A stretch of 47,103 bases of DNA, taken from the NCBI GenBank assembly GCA_037441385.1, contig JBBISH010000039.1, forward strand, positions 1 through 47,103, in the 5' to 3' direction. Below, piece after piece: positions 45,899-47,103 of this stretch. Each line of letters begins with the position of its first letter. Position 1 is the stretch's first letter. The DNA comes from Myxococcales bacterium. GTDB lineage: Bacteria; Myxococcota_A; UBA9042. The position numbers and the translations under genes were made by a program. The notes below the pieces were generated by a model that saw only the letters and a program-made list of their open reading frames with translations, was not told where the DNA came from and ran no database searches.

Positions 45899-46648
45899 AT
45901 GCCAATGCGCACCGCGCTGTTGGGCTGCGTGCTTGTAGTCTTCGCTGGTTGCGGCACGGACAACACCAGCGGCAACGCCGGGGCCAGCGACAGCCAAGCC
46001 AGCGCCAGCGACGCGGCCGATAGAGCCAAGACCGACGCAGCCTCTGGCGACTCGGCCAGCGAAACCGCAGGGAGCAGCAAGGGCTTTGCCTGTCCGACCG
46101 CGACCGAGCCGGCCTGCGGCGGCGAGCTGGAAGGGACCACCTGGACCGTGGTGGAATTCTGCGCCGAAGACCCCACAGCGGCCGCGGCGCTGTTCCAACA
46201 CCCGTACGACAACCTGCCGGCCTGCAAGCCGCCGGGCGGCACGGTCGCCGGCAAGCTGACCCATACCGGTTCGCTCCACTTCGAGAATGGCGAAATCCAG
46301 ATCCAACTGACCACTCAGGCCCTGACGACCTACACCTTCAGCGACGCCTGCCTGATGGCCGCCAAGCCCGAGGCCGCTGCGCCCAGCCCGGCCTGCGCCA
46401 GCCTGAACAAAGCCGATGTCATGACCTGTACTTACGCGGCCGGCAGCGCGGGCACGTGCACCTGCCAGGCGGTGGTGCCCGGCGACAGCAGCCAGGGCAG
46501 CGAACCCTACACCACCGTGGCCGGCCACACCTTGATGATCGGCGGCGAGATGCAGGCCAACTACTGCGTGCAGGGTGACCGGTTGCTGTTGGATATCACA
46601 CCGCACCTGAAAAGCTGGCGGTGGTGGCTGCTCAAGCGGACGTACTGA
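45899..46648 (+). CDS. Hypothetical lipoprotein
   Basis: GGAG RBS, lipobox FAGC, linker, and ACGGELEGTTW ... YCVQGDRL motifs seen in myxobacterial lipoproteins. Confidence 0.7.
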   Translation: MPMRTALLGCVLVVFAGCGTDNTSGNAGASDSQASASDAADRAKTDAASGDSASETAGSSKGFACPTATEPACGGELEGTTWTVVEFCAEDPTAAAALFQHPYDNLPACKPPGGTVAGKLTHTGSLHFENGEIQIQLTTQALTTYTFSDACLMAAKPEAAAPSPACASLNKADVMTCTYAAGSAGTCTCQAVVPGDSSQGSEPYTTVAGHTLMIGGEMQANYCVQGDRLLLDITPHLKSWRWWLLKRTY

Positions 46649-46861
46649 GCGCTCGTTCGCCGCGGATGCGACAGGCAAATGCCAGCCCTGTCGGATGCCG
46701 ACCGCACTTGCGGTCTTGCCAGCCACCTGGGCCCGGTCCACGTGGCCCCACGTGTCGCCCAGCGACGAACCTGTGACCGGTTCGGCAGTTGTCGCGTCCA
46801 GGAAAGTTGACAGAATCGCCAATCCGGTGTGAATTCCCCACTGGCCGTCGCAAGCCAATTC

Positions 46862-47103
46862 CTACCCCTGAGCGCATCCGGGACGGGCCCGTGTTGGTCC
46901 ACCGCGTGCGCCGGGCGTTCCGGGGCACTTGGCTTCGGACTTCCTTGCCGCGGCCAGGGAGCCCTCTATGAATTTGCACGTGGTTTCGTCGATTTGCCTT
47001 GGAGCTGTACTGAGCGCCACCTGCTGCGCCACCGCGTTCGCGGCCGACCCGGCGCCTGCAGCGCCCACGCCCGCGGCGGCTGCCCCGGCGCCTGTGGCCC
47101 CCG
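46862..47103 (-). CDS. Possible 3' end of a gene entering from beyond the window (Gly/Ala-rich)
   Basis: The frame is open to the window edge (GATGAGAAAAGVGAAG...). No recognisable motif. Confidence 0.3.
   Translation of the reverse strand, partial: GATGAGAAAAGVGAAGAGSAANAVAQQVALSTAPRQIDETTCKFIEGSLAAARKSEAKCPGTPGARGGPTRARPGCAQG

Noticed and set aside
46734..46754. parS-like GGTCCACGTGGCC with a second CCACGTG
   Set aside because: Only the GC-rich core matches, the GTT/AAC arms are absent, and CCACGTGG occurs elsewhere in coding DNA.

Overview
High-GC bacterial DNA with myxobacterial (Myxococcota-like) hallmarks: Cys-rich CxDxNxCT and CGDG repeats, lipoproteins with Asp/Thr-rich linkers, and a MYXO-CTERM-like sorting signal. 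From left to right: the 3' part of a large Cys-repeat/LamG protein; a TPR-like/coiled-coil protein; a complete trimeric [FeFe]-hydrogenase operon with maturases (hydC-hydB-hydA-hydG-hydF-hydE), whose HydB carries non-bifurcating NADH-dependent signatures; an alpha-2-macroglobulin; a lipoprotein; an atypical P-II plus amtB; a CHAD protein; a PvdQ-like acylase; a Cys-repeat lipoprotein ending in a cytochrome c domain; thioredoxin; aspA; a 1520-aa TPR gene enclosed by a perfect 29-bp inverted repeat; a stand-alone RnfD/NqrB-like membrane protein; a Cys-rich lipoprotein; an ABC-2 exporter; an orphan ParB-like gene; a MYXO-CTERM protein; and two small genes. The least explained signals are non-coding. 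One is the 29-bp inverted repeat (possible invertible segment or non-autonomous element). The other is a dispersed REP-like hairpin family with five copies. Both share the core ACMTGACAC. I found no rRNA, tRNA, CRISPR array, transposase or integrase. All calls come from reading motifs by eye; no searches were run.
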